A stretch of DNA of 39,078 nucleotides from the sequence record DRR378314_1401; one strand, 5' to 3'. Below, one piece after another: positions 18,765 through 27,230 of the stretch. Each line of letters starts with the position of its first letter. The first letter of the stretch is position 1. The notes under the pieces are model-generated. The model saw nothing but the letters and a program-made list of their open reading frames with translations, was not told the DNA's origin and did no database searches. Made by a program: the position numbers and the translations under genes.

Positions 18765-19604
18765 ATGGGCGGAATTATCTGGCTGGCGTCTTATCCGAAA
18801 TCTGGAAACACATGGGTTCGGTCTTTTCTGCAAAATCTGATCTTAAGTCCTGCCAAGTCGGTCCATATCAATGAACTTTCAGAATTTGCCTATGGCGACG
18901 GCCAGAAATACTGGTATGAACAAGTTGCTGGTGGAAGCCTTGAGGGTTTGAGCTCTGAAGCGGTGATGCAGCTCACGCCAAAAGCCCACCGCCTGATGAC
19001 CCGATCCCGTCCCCAATCGGTTTTTGTCAAAACCCATAATTTCCTCGGCACCAACTGGGATGTGCCTTATATCACCGCAGAAGAAACTGCCGGCGCCATT
19101 CATATTGTTCGAAATCCTTTGGATGTTTGTCTCAGTCTTGCCCACCATTTCGGATTTTCCATAGATGATGCAATAGACTTTATGAACAATCCGGAGGCAC
19201 AAACCCCGGAAGATGACTATAAACTTTCCCAATTCTATGGGACCTGGTCGAACCATGTTGCCAGTTGGGAGAAGTTCAATCCGCAATATCTGCATCGGAT
19301 GCGATATGAAGACATGCTGATGAAACCGGGACCCACCTTTTCAAAACTGGCCAAATTCTTAGGCATTAACCCTCCCAAAAATATTCTGGCAAAAGCCGTT
19401 AAAAACTCGTCTTTCAAAACCTTGAAGGAACAGGAGAGGAAAGACGGATTTGTCGAGCGCTCTGACAAAGCGGAGAGCTTTTTTCGGACCGGCAAAGCCG
19501 GGGGCTGGAAACAGGAACTGACAGAAGATCAGGTCAAACGCCTTGTGGCTGCGCATCGCGACAAAATGCAGGCCTATGGGTATTTGAAGGGAATAAACCT
19601 ATAG
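18765..19604 (+). CDS. PAPS-dependent sulfotransferase (Sulfotransfer_1-like)
   Basis: 5'-PSB loop SYPKSGNTW, KTH, 3'-PB RNPLDVCLS, RYED, FFRTGKAGGWK. RBS GGGGAG before ATG 18765. Confidence 0.9.
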   Translation: MGGIIWLASYPKSGNTWVRSFLQNLILSPAKSVHINELSEFAYGDGQKYWYEQVAGGSLEGLSSEAVMQLTPKAHRLMTRSRPQSVFVKTHNFLGTNWDVPYITAEETAGAIHIVRNPLDVCLSLAHHFGFSIDDAIDFMNNPEAQTPEDDYKLSQFYGTWSNHVASWEKFNPQYLHRMRYEDMLMKPGPTFSKLAKFLGINPPKNILAKAVKNSSFKTLKEQERKDGFVERSDKAESFFRTGKAGGWKQELTEDQVKRLVAAHRDKMQAYGYLKGINL

Positions 19605-19659
19605 CCTAACTGAATAACCGGCCCGTCATGCAGCATTTTGGATATGTGCCCGAAGGGTT

Positions 19660-20247
19660 TTAAAGATCTTCAAAAAAGGAAATCGCGCCAAAGCCTTGAA
19701 ACCCGGCTTGAAACACCTGGGGGAGGGTTTCTGGCGTGATGCCGCCAAGTCCGTAAACTGTTAAATATTTCAATTGCTTAAGCATATTTGCAGCCTTAAT
19801 CGGGGATAAGGTTGGACTGCCTGGGTGGCTCTGTGTTGCGAAAAGCGGGGACAGGAAAGCCAGATCAGCGCCCAGCCGTTGCGCCTGAAGCAGGGAAGGC
19901 AAACCGTGGCAGGCCACGCTGACTATCAGCTTTGGATATTGTTGGCGCAAGCGCGGGAGCCGTTGAATCATATGATCGGGAAGGTGTACGCCGTCAGCGC
20001 CGATCTGTGCGGCAACGGCAGCGTCTTTGGCTATAAAGCAGGGCCGGTGGGATTTGGCACAAGCGATCTGCACCTGCTTTGCCAAATGGCGGCGCGCTGG
20101 ATGGCTATAGTGGCGATAAATGACGGAGGAACCTGGCGGTAAACGGGCAATTGTTCCGAGCGGGTCCGGCGTTCGGGTTTCATCGGTGAAATAAAACCCC
20201 ACGGGCAGATTTTGGGGCGCGAAAGCGCGTGTTTGCCGCAAAAACAT
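19660..20247 (-). CDS. Thiamine phosphate synthase-like (TMP-TENI) protein
   Basis: GADGVHLP, ACH, LSPLFATQSHP, YGLGGI. Confidence 0.8.
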   Translation of the reverse strand: MFLRQTRAFAPQNLPVGFYFTDETRTPDPLGTIARLPPGSSVIYRHYSHPARRHLAKQVQIACAKSHRPCFIAKDAAVAAQIGADGVHLPDHMIQRLPRLRQQYPKLIVSVACHGLPSLLQAQRLGADLAFLSPLFATQSHPGSPTLSPIKAANMLKQLKYLTVYGLGGITPETLPQVFQAGFQGFGAISFFEDL

Positions 20248-20321
20248 CAGCTACCTGTTTTTTTTCTTTGCGTTCTCTGCTATCTGCAGGATGGGTCAGC
20301 CCTTAATCAGAAAGGATTCTT

Positions 20322-20993
20322 ATGACGGACGTTGCAGCCAATCTTGAGGATATCAGGAAACGGATCAAGAGAAGAGCGGAAAAATGGGAGCAGGATGCGG
20401 ATCAAGTCTTGCTGATCGCTGTTTCCAAGCAACAACCCCTTGAGCGGGTAAGGGATGCGCTTGAAGCCGGACATCGGGTTTTTGGGGAAAACCGAGTTCA
20501 GGAAGCCCAGGGTAAATGGCCAGACCTAAAGACACAATATAGCGGGATTGAGCTGCATCTGATTGGTCCGCTTCAAAGCAATAAAACCAAGGAAGCGGTG
20601 GAGTTGTTTGATGTCATCCAGACAGTTGATCGTCCGAAAATAGCCAAGGCGCTGGGATCCGAAATGCAAAAGCAGGGAAAATCAATTCCCGTCTATATCC
20701 AGGTCAATATCGGCGCAGAACCGCAGAAATCAGGCATTGCCATCGACGATACAGATGCGTTTATTACGGAATGCCGGGATGTTCATAAACTGAATGTGCA
20801 AGGGTTGATGTGTATACCGCCCGCGGACGAACAGCCGGCCCCTTATTTTGCACTACTGGGTAAAATCGCAGCGCGAAATGGTCTTTCCAACCTTTCCATG
20901 GGCATGAGTAGCGATTTTGAGTATGCCGTCCAGTTCGGCGCCCGGTATGTGCGCGTGGGAACCGGCATCTTTGGATCCCGGTCCCCAAGGTAG
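20322..20993 (+). CDS. yggS: PLP homeostasis protein, YggS family
   Basis: AVSK, FGENRVQEA, HLIGPLQSNK, LSMGMSSDFE, VRVGTGIFG. Confidence 0.96.
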   Translation: MTDVAANLEDIRKRIKRRAEKWEQDADQVLLIAVSKQQPLERVRDALEAGHRVFGENRVQEAQGKWPDLKTQYSGIELHLIGPLQSNKTKEAVELFDVIQTVDRPKIAKALGSEMQKQGKSIPVYIQVNIGAEPQKSGIAIDDTDAFITECRDVHKLNVQGLMCIPPADEQPAPYFALLGKIAARNGLSNLSMGMSSDFEYAVQFGARYVRVGTGIFGSRSPR

Positions 20994-21009
20994 TCCTGAC
21001 TATTGGCGG

Positions 21010-22407
21010 CTAGGCAGAACCTCTTGCCCGGAGCCATCCGACCAGCCCGTCGGGATGACGAAGAACACGGGCGATTACGAACAGGGTGAGCAGAAGGGCC
21101 GCCAGTTCGGTCAGCGGAGACGCATACCAGATCCCGATTTCACCCATCATTTCAGGTAATCCCATGATTAGTGGGATGCTGATCAGATAAATCTTGGTCA
21201 GGCCGAGTATTGCTGCTTTCGGGGCATCGCCAATCGCCTGGAAAAAGCCCGGGAACATCAATAAAGGGCCAAACAGGAAATAGAGAATGGCAAACAGACT
21301 AAGGATACGGTCCGTTTCTGCAATGACGGCAGGGTCGGCGACAAAAATCCCCGCGATTTCCGACGGAAAAGCCAGAAACAGAACCTGCAGCGCGGCGCAA
21401 TAAATGAAGGCAATACCAACTGTCAGGCGTAAACAGCCATAAGTTCGGCTCCATAAACCCGCCCCATAATTGTTCCCGACAATGGCCTGCTGCGCCAACG
21501 TCAGGCCCAGAAGCGGCATATATCCAAATGTCAGGAGCCGGGTAACAATTCCGTAAGCTGCGACAGAGATTTCGTAATCAGCGACATGCCAGTTTTGAAT
21601 TTGATAGATATTGGCTCCGGTGATAAGGGAAACCCCAACATAAGACAGACTGATCGGCGCGCCGAGCGCGAGGAACTGCCCCCAGTTTAGAGTGAGGTTT
21701 TTAAGGCCGGAAAAGCGAAACCGGGCCGTATCAGTTCGCGTGTAGAAATAAATCAGGCAAACTACCGATGCGCCGCCCTGCGCCAGAGCGGTTCCATAGG
21801 CGCTGCCGGCAACCCCCATATCCAAGCCCACAATCAACACATAGTTACAGATAATGTTAAACACATTGGCCAAAATGGAGACGAGCGCCATCATGCCCAC
21901 TTTGCCCTGACAGCGAAGACTGTCCGATAATAAAGCGACCAAAAAGAACAGCGGACTGTAAGCAATTGTCAGACTGAGATAGATATCTCCCATCTCGGTC
22001 AGATGATCAACGCCATTGGCAATTGCCGCGACCAGTTGGTAGCCCCACGTTTGATACAGCAGGATCAGCAACAGGCAAATCCCGAGCGACAAAATAAGCG
22101 CACTGAGCATGGATTGTTCACCAAGCTGTTTCTTTCCGGCTCCGTAATATCGAGAGAAAACGCTTGCAAATCCGCTGGATACCAGGGTTCCAAGCGCGAT
22201 GATCAGCATAAATAAAGGGAAGACCATTGTGACAGCAGACAAGGCGTCCGGGCCCACATATCGCCCGATAAACCAGCCATCAATGACAGTATAAAGGCCA
22301 TTGGTGAAGGTCACCAGAATGATCGGTGCCGCTGTTTTTAAAAACAGGGAGGGTAGGGATGCGGTTACATATGCATTTTGCACAGGTGATGATGTTGGGT
22401 CAGTCAT
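21010..22407 (-). CDS. MATE family efflux transporter
   Basis: About 12 TM segments; YTVIDGWFIGRYVG, MGVAGSAYGT, VGNNYGAG. Confidence 0.92.
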   Translation of the reverse strand: MTDPTSSPVQNAYVTASLPSLFLKTAAPIILVTFTNGLYTVIDGWFIGRYVGPDALSAVTMVFPLFMLIIALGTLVSSGFASVFSRYYGAGKKQLGEQSMLSALILSLGICLLLILLYQTWGYQLVAAIANGVDHLTEMGDIYLSLTIAYSPLFFLVALLSDSLRCQGKVGMMALVSILANVFNIICNYVLIVGLDMGVAGSAYGTALAQGGASVVCLIYFYTRTDTARFRFSGLKNLTLNWGQFLALGAPISLSYVGVSLITGANIYQIQNWHVADYEISVAAYGIVTRLLTFGYMPLLGLTLAQQAIVGNNYGAGLWSRTYGCLRLTVGIAFIYCAALQVLFLAFPSEIAGIFVADPAVIAETDRILSLFAILYFLFGPLLMFPGFFQAIGDAPKAAILGLTKIYLISIPLIMGLPEMMGEIGIWYASPLTELAALLLTLFVIARVLRHPDGLVGWLRARGSA

Positions 22408-22509
22408 GAAAAACTCACACGCTTAAGATAGATTAGATTTTAAGTGAGAAATGCGGCCCGCCCAACATTTGAAGACGAACTTAAACCGATTTTACAGTAA
22501 AATGAAAGC

Positions 22510-23025
22510 CTAATTCGATAAAATCTGTATCTCTGTGTCCGCGCTTACAGTTTCAAGCAGTTCCAGAAGGTCTTCTTTTTTAAGGGCGACACATCCCTCG
22601 GTCCCGCTATAGTCCGGCGTTGCGATATGCATGAAAATACAGCTTCCCTTACCGGGAACGGGTGGATCATCATTATGGCCCAGGATAACCACAATGTCAT
22701 ATAAGTGATCGTCGCGCCTCATGACTTCGTGACTGGCGGCGAAGGGCAGTGCCACTTTTCGGTTATAGTCAGAATGCTGTGGATCATCACACCAGCCATC
22801 AGCCGGGCAGATGATATGAAGTGGCAATTCTGTGCGCGGCTGGGAGGGGAGCCGGTCCTGCCGATAATAAACCGATCTGAGCGGGTAGCTGCCGGCCGGG
22901 CTTGCATGATCCCCTTCGTGCTTTTGAAGGGTCACACCCGCTTTGCCAAGGGCACATTTATAGCTTTTCTCACCAATTGTGAGAAGTCCCTGATGGCCAT
23001 TGATCGCTTTCACTTGAATATGCAT
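22510..23025 (-). CDS. L,D-transpeptidase (YkuD-like) family protein
   Basis: KHEGDHASPAG, GWCDDP, GKGSCIFMH...TEGCVAL catalytic His/Cys. Start taken at ATG 23025. Confidence 0.85.
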   Translation of the reverse strand: MHIQVKAINGHQGLLTIGEKSYKCALGKAGVTLQKHEGDHASPAGSYPLRSVYYRQDRLPSQPRTELPLHIICPADGWCDDPQHSDYNRKVALPFAASHEVMRRDDHLYDIVVILGHNDDPPVPGKGSCIFMHIATPDYSGTEGCVALKKEDLLELLETVSADTEIQILSN

Positions 23026-23075
23026 CCCTAAGGTGTAAATGTGATGATCCTGTTTGTCACACTGAAATGTCCCCA

Positions 23076-23981
23076 ATGTCTATCAAACCTCAGTCCATTG
23101 ATTATCTGGCGCTGCTGTCCCTGTCTTTGATGTGGAGCTCCAGTTTTCTGTTTATCAAATTTGCCGTTGATACCTTACCGCCCCAAACGGTTGCGGCGGG
23201 CCGGATTCTGGTAGCGGCGCTGATCCTGTATCTGGTGATGTGGATCCGCGGCGCGCGGCTGCCCAGGGACCGCAGAAGCTGGCTTTTCTTTATTGCCGTT
23301 GGAATTATCGGCAATGTGCTGCCGTTCAATATGATCAGCTGGGCACAGGTGACGGTTCCAAGCTCCATCGCGTCCATTCTGATCGGGACGGCACCGCTGA
23401 TCGGATTTGTCCTGGGGCATTTACTGACAGAAGATGAAAAACTGACCCCGGATCGGGTGTTTGGCGTTGTGGTCGGATTTATCGGCCTGATTGTGTTGAT
23501 CGGCCCCGAAGCAATTTTGCAACTGGGAACCAACGCGGTTAGTCAGTTGGCGATTGTGGCAGGTGCAACCTGTTATGTCAGCGCCGGTTTCATCACCCGT
23601 GCCATGCCCGATATGGATGCCTTTGCCCGCGCGGCAGGAGTGCTTTTGGTTGCTAGCATTATTGCGGTTCCGATCGCCCTTGTTGTGGATACGCCGTGGG
23701 CCCTGTCACCGTCCTGGCAATCTTTGGGCGCGCTGGTGGTGTTGGGGATATTTCCAACGGCTGTTGCCACGGTTGTGCTGTATTTCGTGATTATGCGGGT
23801 CGGCGCGACATTTGTCGCTTTGAACAATTACCTAAACCCGGTGTTGGGGGTTCTTTGGGGGTTTCTGTTTGCATCTGAATTTCCAACGATACAGACATAT
23901 ACCGGCCTGGCGCTCATTTTAGGGGGAATGATTTTTACCCAGCTCAAACTATCGCACTTGTTTTGGCGTCCGCAAGTTTAG
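23076..23981 (+). CDS. DMT/EamA family transporter
   Basis: 10 TM segments; LMWSSSFLFIK, RILVAA, GNVLPF, NYLNPV. Alternative start at 23067. Confidence 0.9.
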   Translation: MSIKPQSIDYLALLSLSLMWSSSFLFIKFAVDTLPPQTVAAGRILVAALILYLVMWIRGARLPRDRRSWLFFIAVGIIGNVLPFNMISWAQVTVPSSIASILIGTAPLIGFVLGHLLTEDEKLTPDRVFGVVVGFIGLIVLIGPEAILQLGTNAVSQLAIVAGATCYVSAGFITRAMPDMDAFARAAGVLLVASIIAVPIALVVDTPWALSPSWQSLGALVVLGIFPTAVATVVLYFVIMRVGATFVALNNYLNPVLGVLWGFLFASEFPTIQTYTGLALILGGMIFTQLKLSHLFWRPQV

Positions 23982-24973
23982 CGGGCTGGCGGGTTCATGT
24001 AGGCATAAGGGTCGACCGTAGCAGAATGTCTGGCGGCCAGATCAATGCCTTTGTCATAGGCACCGGTTGCTTTTTCGCGGATCACCGGGGTTGCGTCACT
24101 GACAAGTTCAGGGGCTTTTGCGGCTGGTGACGGATCGCCTGATTGGGCGGTTGGGGTCAAACCAGAGGCTTTCCCCATGGAATTGACCAGTTGAGAGATC
24201 TGGTTGGAGCTGAGATCCAGTCCATGCTGCGACTGAATTTTATCGATGGTTTTGCGAAGATTTGGTGGCTGGGTTTTCCATTCCAGACCCATGCCTAAGG
24301 GCGGCGCTGCCGGATCGGTGCTTGGGGCTGGTTTGTCTGAAACAGATGTCATTTCAGGCTTGGCGGCTTGTTGGGTGCCATTGGCGCTTGGCATGGAACC
24401 TGACCGCATGGCCGCCGCCATCATTTGCGCAGCCGCCAGCTGATCGGCGGTTGCTTTTTGAGCTATTGGGGCCGGCTCAGTTTGGGTGGTGGTTGCGGCG
24501 GCTATTGGTGCGGTTTTGTCGCTGGTAATGGGCGTTGTTTCCTGGACCTTGGCAACCTGGACCTCATCACTTGCGGTTTCACCTGAGAAAACCGACGCCA
24601 CATGCTCCCCTATGTCTTTTCCGGTCTGGGCTTCGATAAAGGTATTCACAGCCGAGCTGGCAAGGCCGATACCGCCGCCAAAGATACCCCCCCCAATTAG
24701 CCGTGCGCCAGCTTCAAGCTCATCACCGGTGATTTCCCGATAGATTGTCGAGACAACCGGGATATGTTGAAGTGGATTTATGATGTCGAGAAAATCATCA
24801 AACCCGAAACCGTCTTTGCCAAAAAGGGAAAAGCCTTCGTCCTTTTCGGTGTTTTCGGTCGATGCCGCGATGTCTTCGGTTTTCGCCGTTGGCGCATAGG
24901 AATGGGGCATGCCGCCTTCAATCATGCGGTCCATATAGGCAAACGGGCTTTCAGTTGCGGTACTGACTGACAT
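23978..24973 (-). CDS. Hypothetical protein with a conserved-looking N-terminal FLDIINPLQHIPVVSTIYREITGD motif and an Ala/Thr/Pro-rich linker
   Basis: 331-aa ORF, RBS AAGGAG, own sigma54 promoter. Confidence 0.8.
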   Translation of the reverse strand: MSVSTATESPFAYMDRMIEGGMPHSYAPTAKTEDIAASTENTEKDEGFSLFGKDGFGFDDFLDIINPLQHIPVVSTIYREITGDELEAGARLIGGGIFGGGIGLASSAVNTFIEAQTGKDIGEHVASVFSGETASDEVQVAKVQETTPITSDKTAPIAAATTTQTEPAPIAQKATADQLAAAQMMAAAMRSGSMPSANGTQQAAKPEMTSVSDKPAPSTDPAAPPLGMGLEWKTQPPNLRKTIDKIQSQHGLDLSSNQISQLVNSMGKASGLTPTAQSGDPSPAAKAPELVSDATPVIREKATGAYDKGIDLAARHSATVDPYAYMNPPAR

Positions 24974-24999
24974 CGAAAATTCTCCTTTGCCCGTAAATA

Positions 25000-25016
25000 A
25001 GCAAAGTTCATGCCAG
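25000..25016 (-). promoter_or_regulatory. sigma54 (RpoN) -24/-12 promoter
   Basis: Minus strand CTGGCATGAACTTTGCT = GG-N10-GC, matching TGGCAC-N5-TTGCW. Confidence 0.8.
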
Positions 25017-25075
25017 AACGAATTCGCAGAATTCTGTGCTTTTCAGCGTATCAGATAGGCGCAAATCGGATCGAT

Positions 25076-25090
25076 CGGCAGATTTTTCCG
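25076..25090. promoter_or_regulatory. Putative ftr-like (FlbD-type) enhancer
   Basis: CGGCAGATTTTTCCG = CGGCA-N5-TGCCG with one mismatch, about 60-75 bp upstream of the -24 box. Confidence 0.45.
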
Positions 25091-25120
25091 AAAAGCGGTG
25101 CGTTTTGACCCATCAGGACT

Positions 25121-26242
25121 TTACAGGTAATGGCCGCTTTTTTTGCGTTTGGTCGCCAGGTAAAGCTCATTATGGGTGTTGGACGGGAATTTGTGGGAAA
25201 CCCGCTCAGTAACGGTGATGCCGCACCGCTCCATCCCGTCGATCTTCTCCGGGTTGTTTGTCATCAAGCGGACACTGTCAAAACCCATAAGTTTCAGCAT
25301 TTCAGCCGCCGGACGGTAGATCCGCTCATCCGCGTCAAAGCCAAGGCGTTCATTGGAATCGATGGTATCAAATCCGTCACTCTGCAGTTTGTAGGCGCGC
25401 AGTTTATTGATCAGGCCAATGCCGCGACCTTCCTGCGCCAGATACAGAAGAACGCCAGATCCTTCATCGGAGATGGCTTTGATAGAGCCGCGAAGTTGTT
25501 CCCCGCAGTCGCATTTCAAGGAGCCCACCAAGTCACCGGTGAAGCATTCCGAATGCAGACGCGCAAGAACCGGTTCATGCCGTTTGGGATCCCCAATAAT
25601 CAGCGCCAGATGTTCAATTCCCCCATCGACCGGGCGAAACGCCTGAATTTTTGTGTTCTCTGCACCTTGCAAGGGGACCTTGGCGATAGCAACCGGTTTC
25701 AGTTGCCGGGCAGCCTGATCATCGTAACTGAAAATTTCTGCGGCAGTGACAGACAGCAGATCTTCATCGCGCTTCAATTGATCGACTTTTTCAATATCCA
25801 GTTCACAAATGAGAACGGAGGGTAACAGCCGTCCCAGTTTTGCCAGCTTGATGGCGGCCTTTGCCGGGGTTGAGGCCATTTCCTTAAGACGAGAGAACGG
25901 CCCGCGGAAGGGTTGGTCCAGATCATGGGTCGCATCGGCAAGCGCACGAAGCAGATCCGGCTTCATCCAATCCTCAATGGACAACAGGATCGTGTCATCG
26001 CCGGTTGGCATGATATGAAGGACATTTGCCCGGTGCGCGGTCAACGCCAGGCGCGCAGGCGTTCCAGCGAGGCTTTCCTGATGCTGAATAGCGTCGGAAA
26101 AAGCCATTTCTGTGGAGAGGACCAATGCCGCACTTGTCCCATCTGTGACGATCACACTGAGTGCTCGCCGAAGATCAGCGAGTGATCTGTCGACATTTCG
26201 AAGGCTATGGGAAGCAGTGGATGAAGCGGCCGGATGTGTCAT
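25121..26242 (-). CDS. ribA: GTP cyclohydrolase II with a degenerate RibB-like N-terminal domain
   Basis: RLHSECFTGD, SLKCDCGEQL, QEGRGIGL, LMTNNPEK, KSGHYL. Start is uncertain. Confidence 0.93.
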   Translation of the reverse strand: MTHPAASSTASHSLRNVDRSLADLRRALSVIVTDGTSAALVLSTEMAFSDAIQHQESLAGTPARLALTAHRANVLHIMPTGDDTILLSIEDWMKPDLLRALADATHDLDQPFRGPFSRLKEMASTPAKAAIKLAKLGRLLPSVLICELDIEKVDQLKRDEDLLSVTAAEIFSYDDQAARQLKPVAIAKVPLQGAENTKIQAFRPVDGGIEHLALIIGDPKRHEPVLARLHSECFTGDLVGSLKCDCGEQLRGSIKAISDEGSGVLLYLAQEGRGIGLINKLRAYKLQSDGFDTIDSNERLGFDADERIYRPAAEMLKLMGFDSVRLMTNNPEKIDGMERCGITVTERVSHKFPSNTHNELYLATKRKKSGHYL

Positions 26243-26532
26243 GGTTTCAAGGTTCAGCGAATGGGTTTTCTTTGCTTTGTAGCAGTCCTCTGGTCCTTTT
26301 ACCAATTGTAAAAGTGCGATTATCGACACATTATATACAACAAGGCGGTTCAGTGGGAGGAGACGCTTTTTCGATCACACGAAAGCTCTCAATGGGTCAC
26401 AAGTCCGTGAAATCGCGCAGGCAACCTATCAATATCGCTTGAATGTGGCTAAACAGTTCAAATTTGTAAGGTGTTTGAAGTCGCCTAAATTGTGGCAGGT
26501 CGGTTAAGCAGATAAGGGAACGGGAGCATAGA

Positions 26533-27222
26533 ATGTCGGGAACTCGTAAAATTCTACTGGTGGATGATGATGAAACATTGCGCCAAACGCTTGCTGAACA
26601 GCTGGATCTGCATGAGGAGTTTGAAACTGTTCAGGCAAAAACCGCGACCGAGGGGCTGGAGCTGCTGAAGCAAAACCATTTTGATCTGATTTTGCTGGAT
26701 GTGGGATTGCCCGATATGGACGGGCGGGAAGCCTGCAAAATTTTACGGCGCAACGGATCCCGGGCACCGGTCATTATGCTGACCGCGCAGGATAGCGACA
26801 GTGACCAGATCCTGGGGCTGGAATCCGGTGCCAATGATTATGTCTCAAAACCCTTTCGGATCGGGGTTTTACTGGCCCGGATCCGGGCCCAGCTTCGCCA
26901 GCATGAACAGAGTGAAGACGCCATTTTTGCGGTTGGTCCCTACAGTTTTCAGCCCTCCAAGAAACTCTTGCTGAATGAAGACAAGAACGAGAAAATCCGC
27001 CTGACCGAAAAGGAAACCAACATTCTGAAATACCTGTATCGGGCAGATCAGAAGGTCGTATCGCGGGATATTCTGCTGAATGAGGTTTGGGGATATAATG
27101 CCGGTGTGACGACCCATACCCTGGAAACACATATTTACCGGCTGCGCCAGAAGATCGAGGAGGATCCGTCCTCTGCGGCGATTTTGGTGACAGAGACAGG
27201 TGGATATCGTCTCGCCCCGTAA
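26533..27222 (+). CDS. cenR: OmpR-family response regulator, CenR-like (no adjacent kinase)
   Basis: REC domain (VDDD, LLDVGLPD) plus winged helix RLTEKETNILKYLYRA...VWGYNAGVTTHTLETHIYRLRQKIE; divergent from ribA, as recalled for alphaproteobacterial CenR. Confidence 0.78.
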   Translation: MSGTRKILLVDDDETLRQTLAEQLDLHEEFETVQAKTATEGLELLKQNHFDLILLDVGLPDMDGREACKILRRNGSRAPVIMLTAQDSDSDQILGLESGANDYVSKPFRIGVLLARIRAQLRQHEQSEDAIFAVGPYSFQPSKKLLLNEDKNEKIRLTEKETNILKYLYRADQKVVSRDILLNEVWGYNAGVTTHTLETHIYRLRQKIEEDPSSAAILVTETGGYRLAP

Positions 27223-27230
27223 CGGCGGGA

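Noticed and set aside
18201-18833. 210-aa minus-strand ORF
   Set aside because: Antisense shadow of the porin gene; it runs through the terminator hairpin.
22481-22495. TTAA-N7-TTAC, a CtrA-like site upstream of the MATE gene
   Set aside because: A single imperfect match in AT-rich DNA; expected by chance.
23040-23061. TGTGA-N12-TCACA between the L,D-transpeptidase and DMT genes
   Set aside because: The spacing does not fit CRP/FNR-type N6 sites and there is no second copy; too weak to call.
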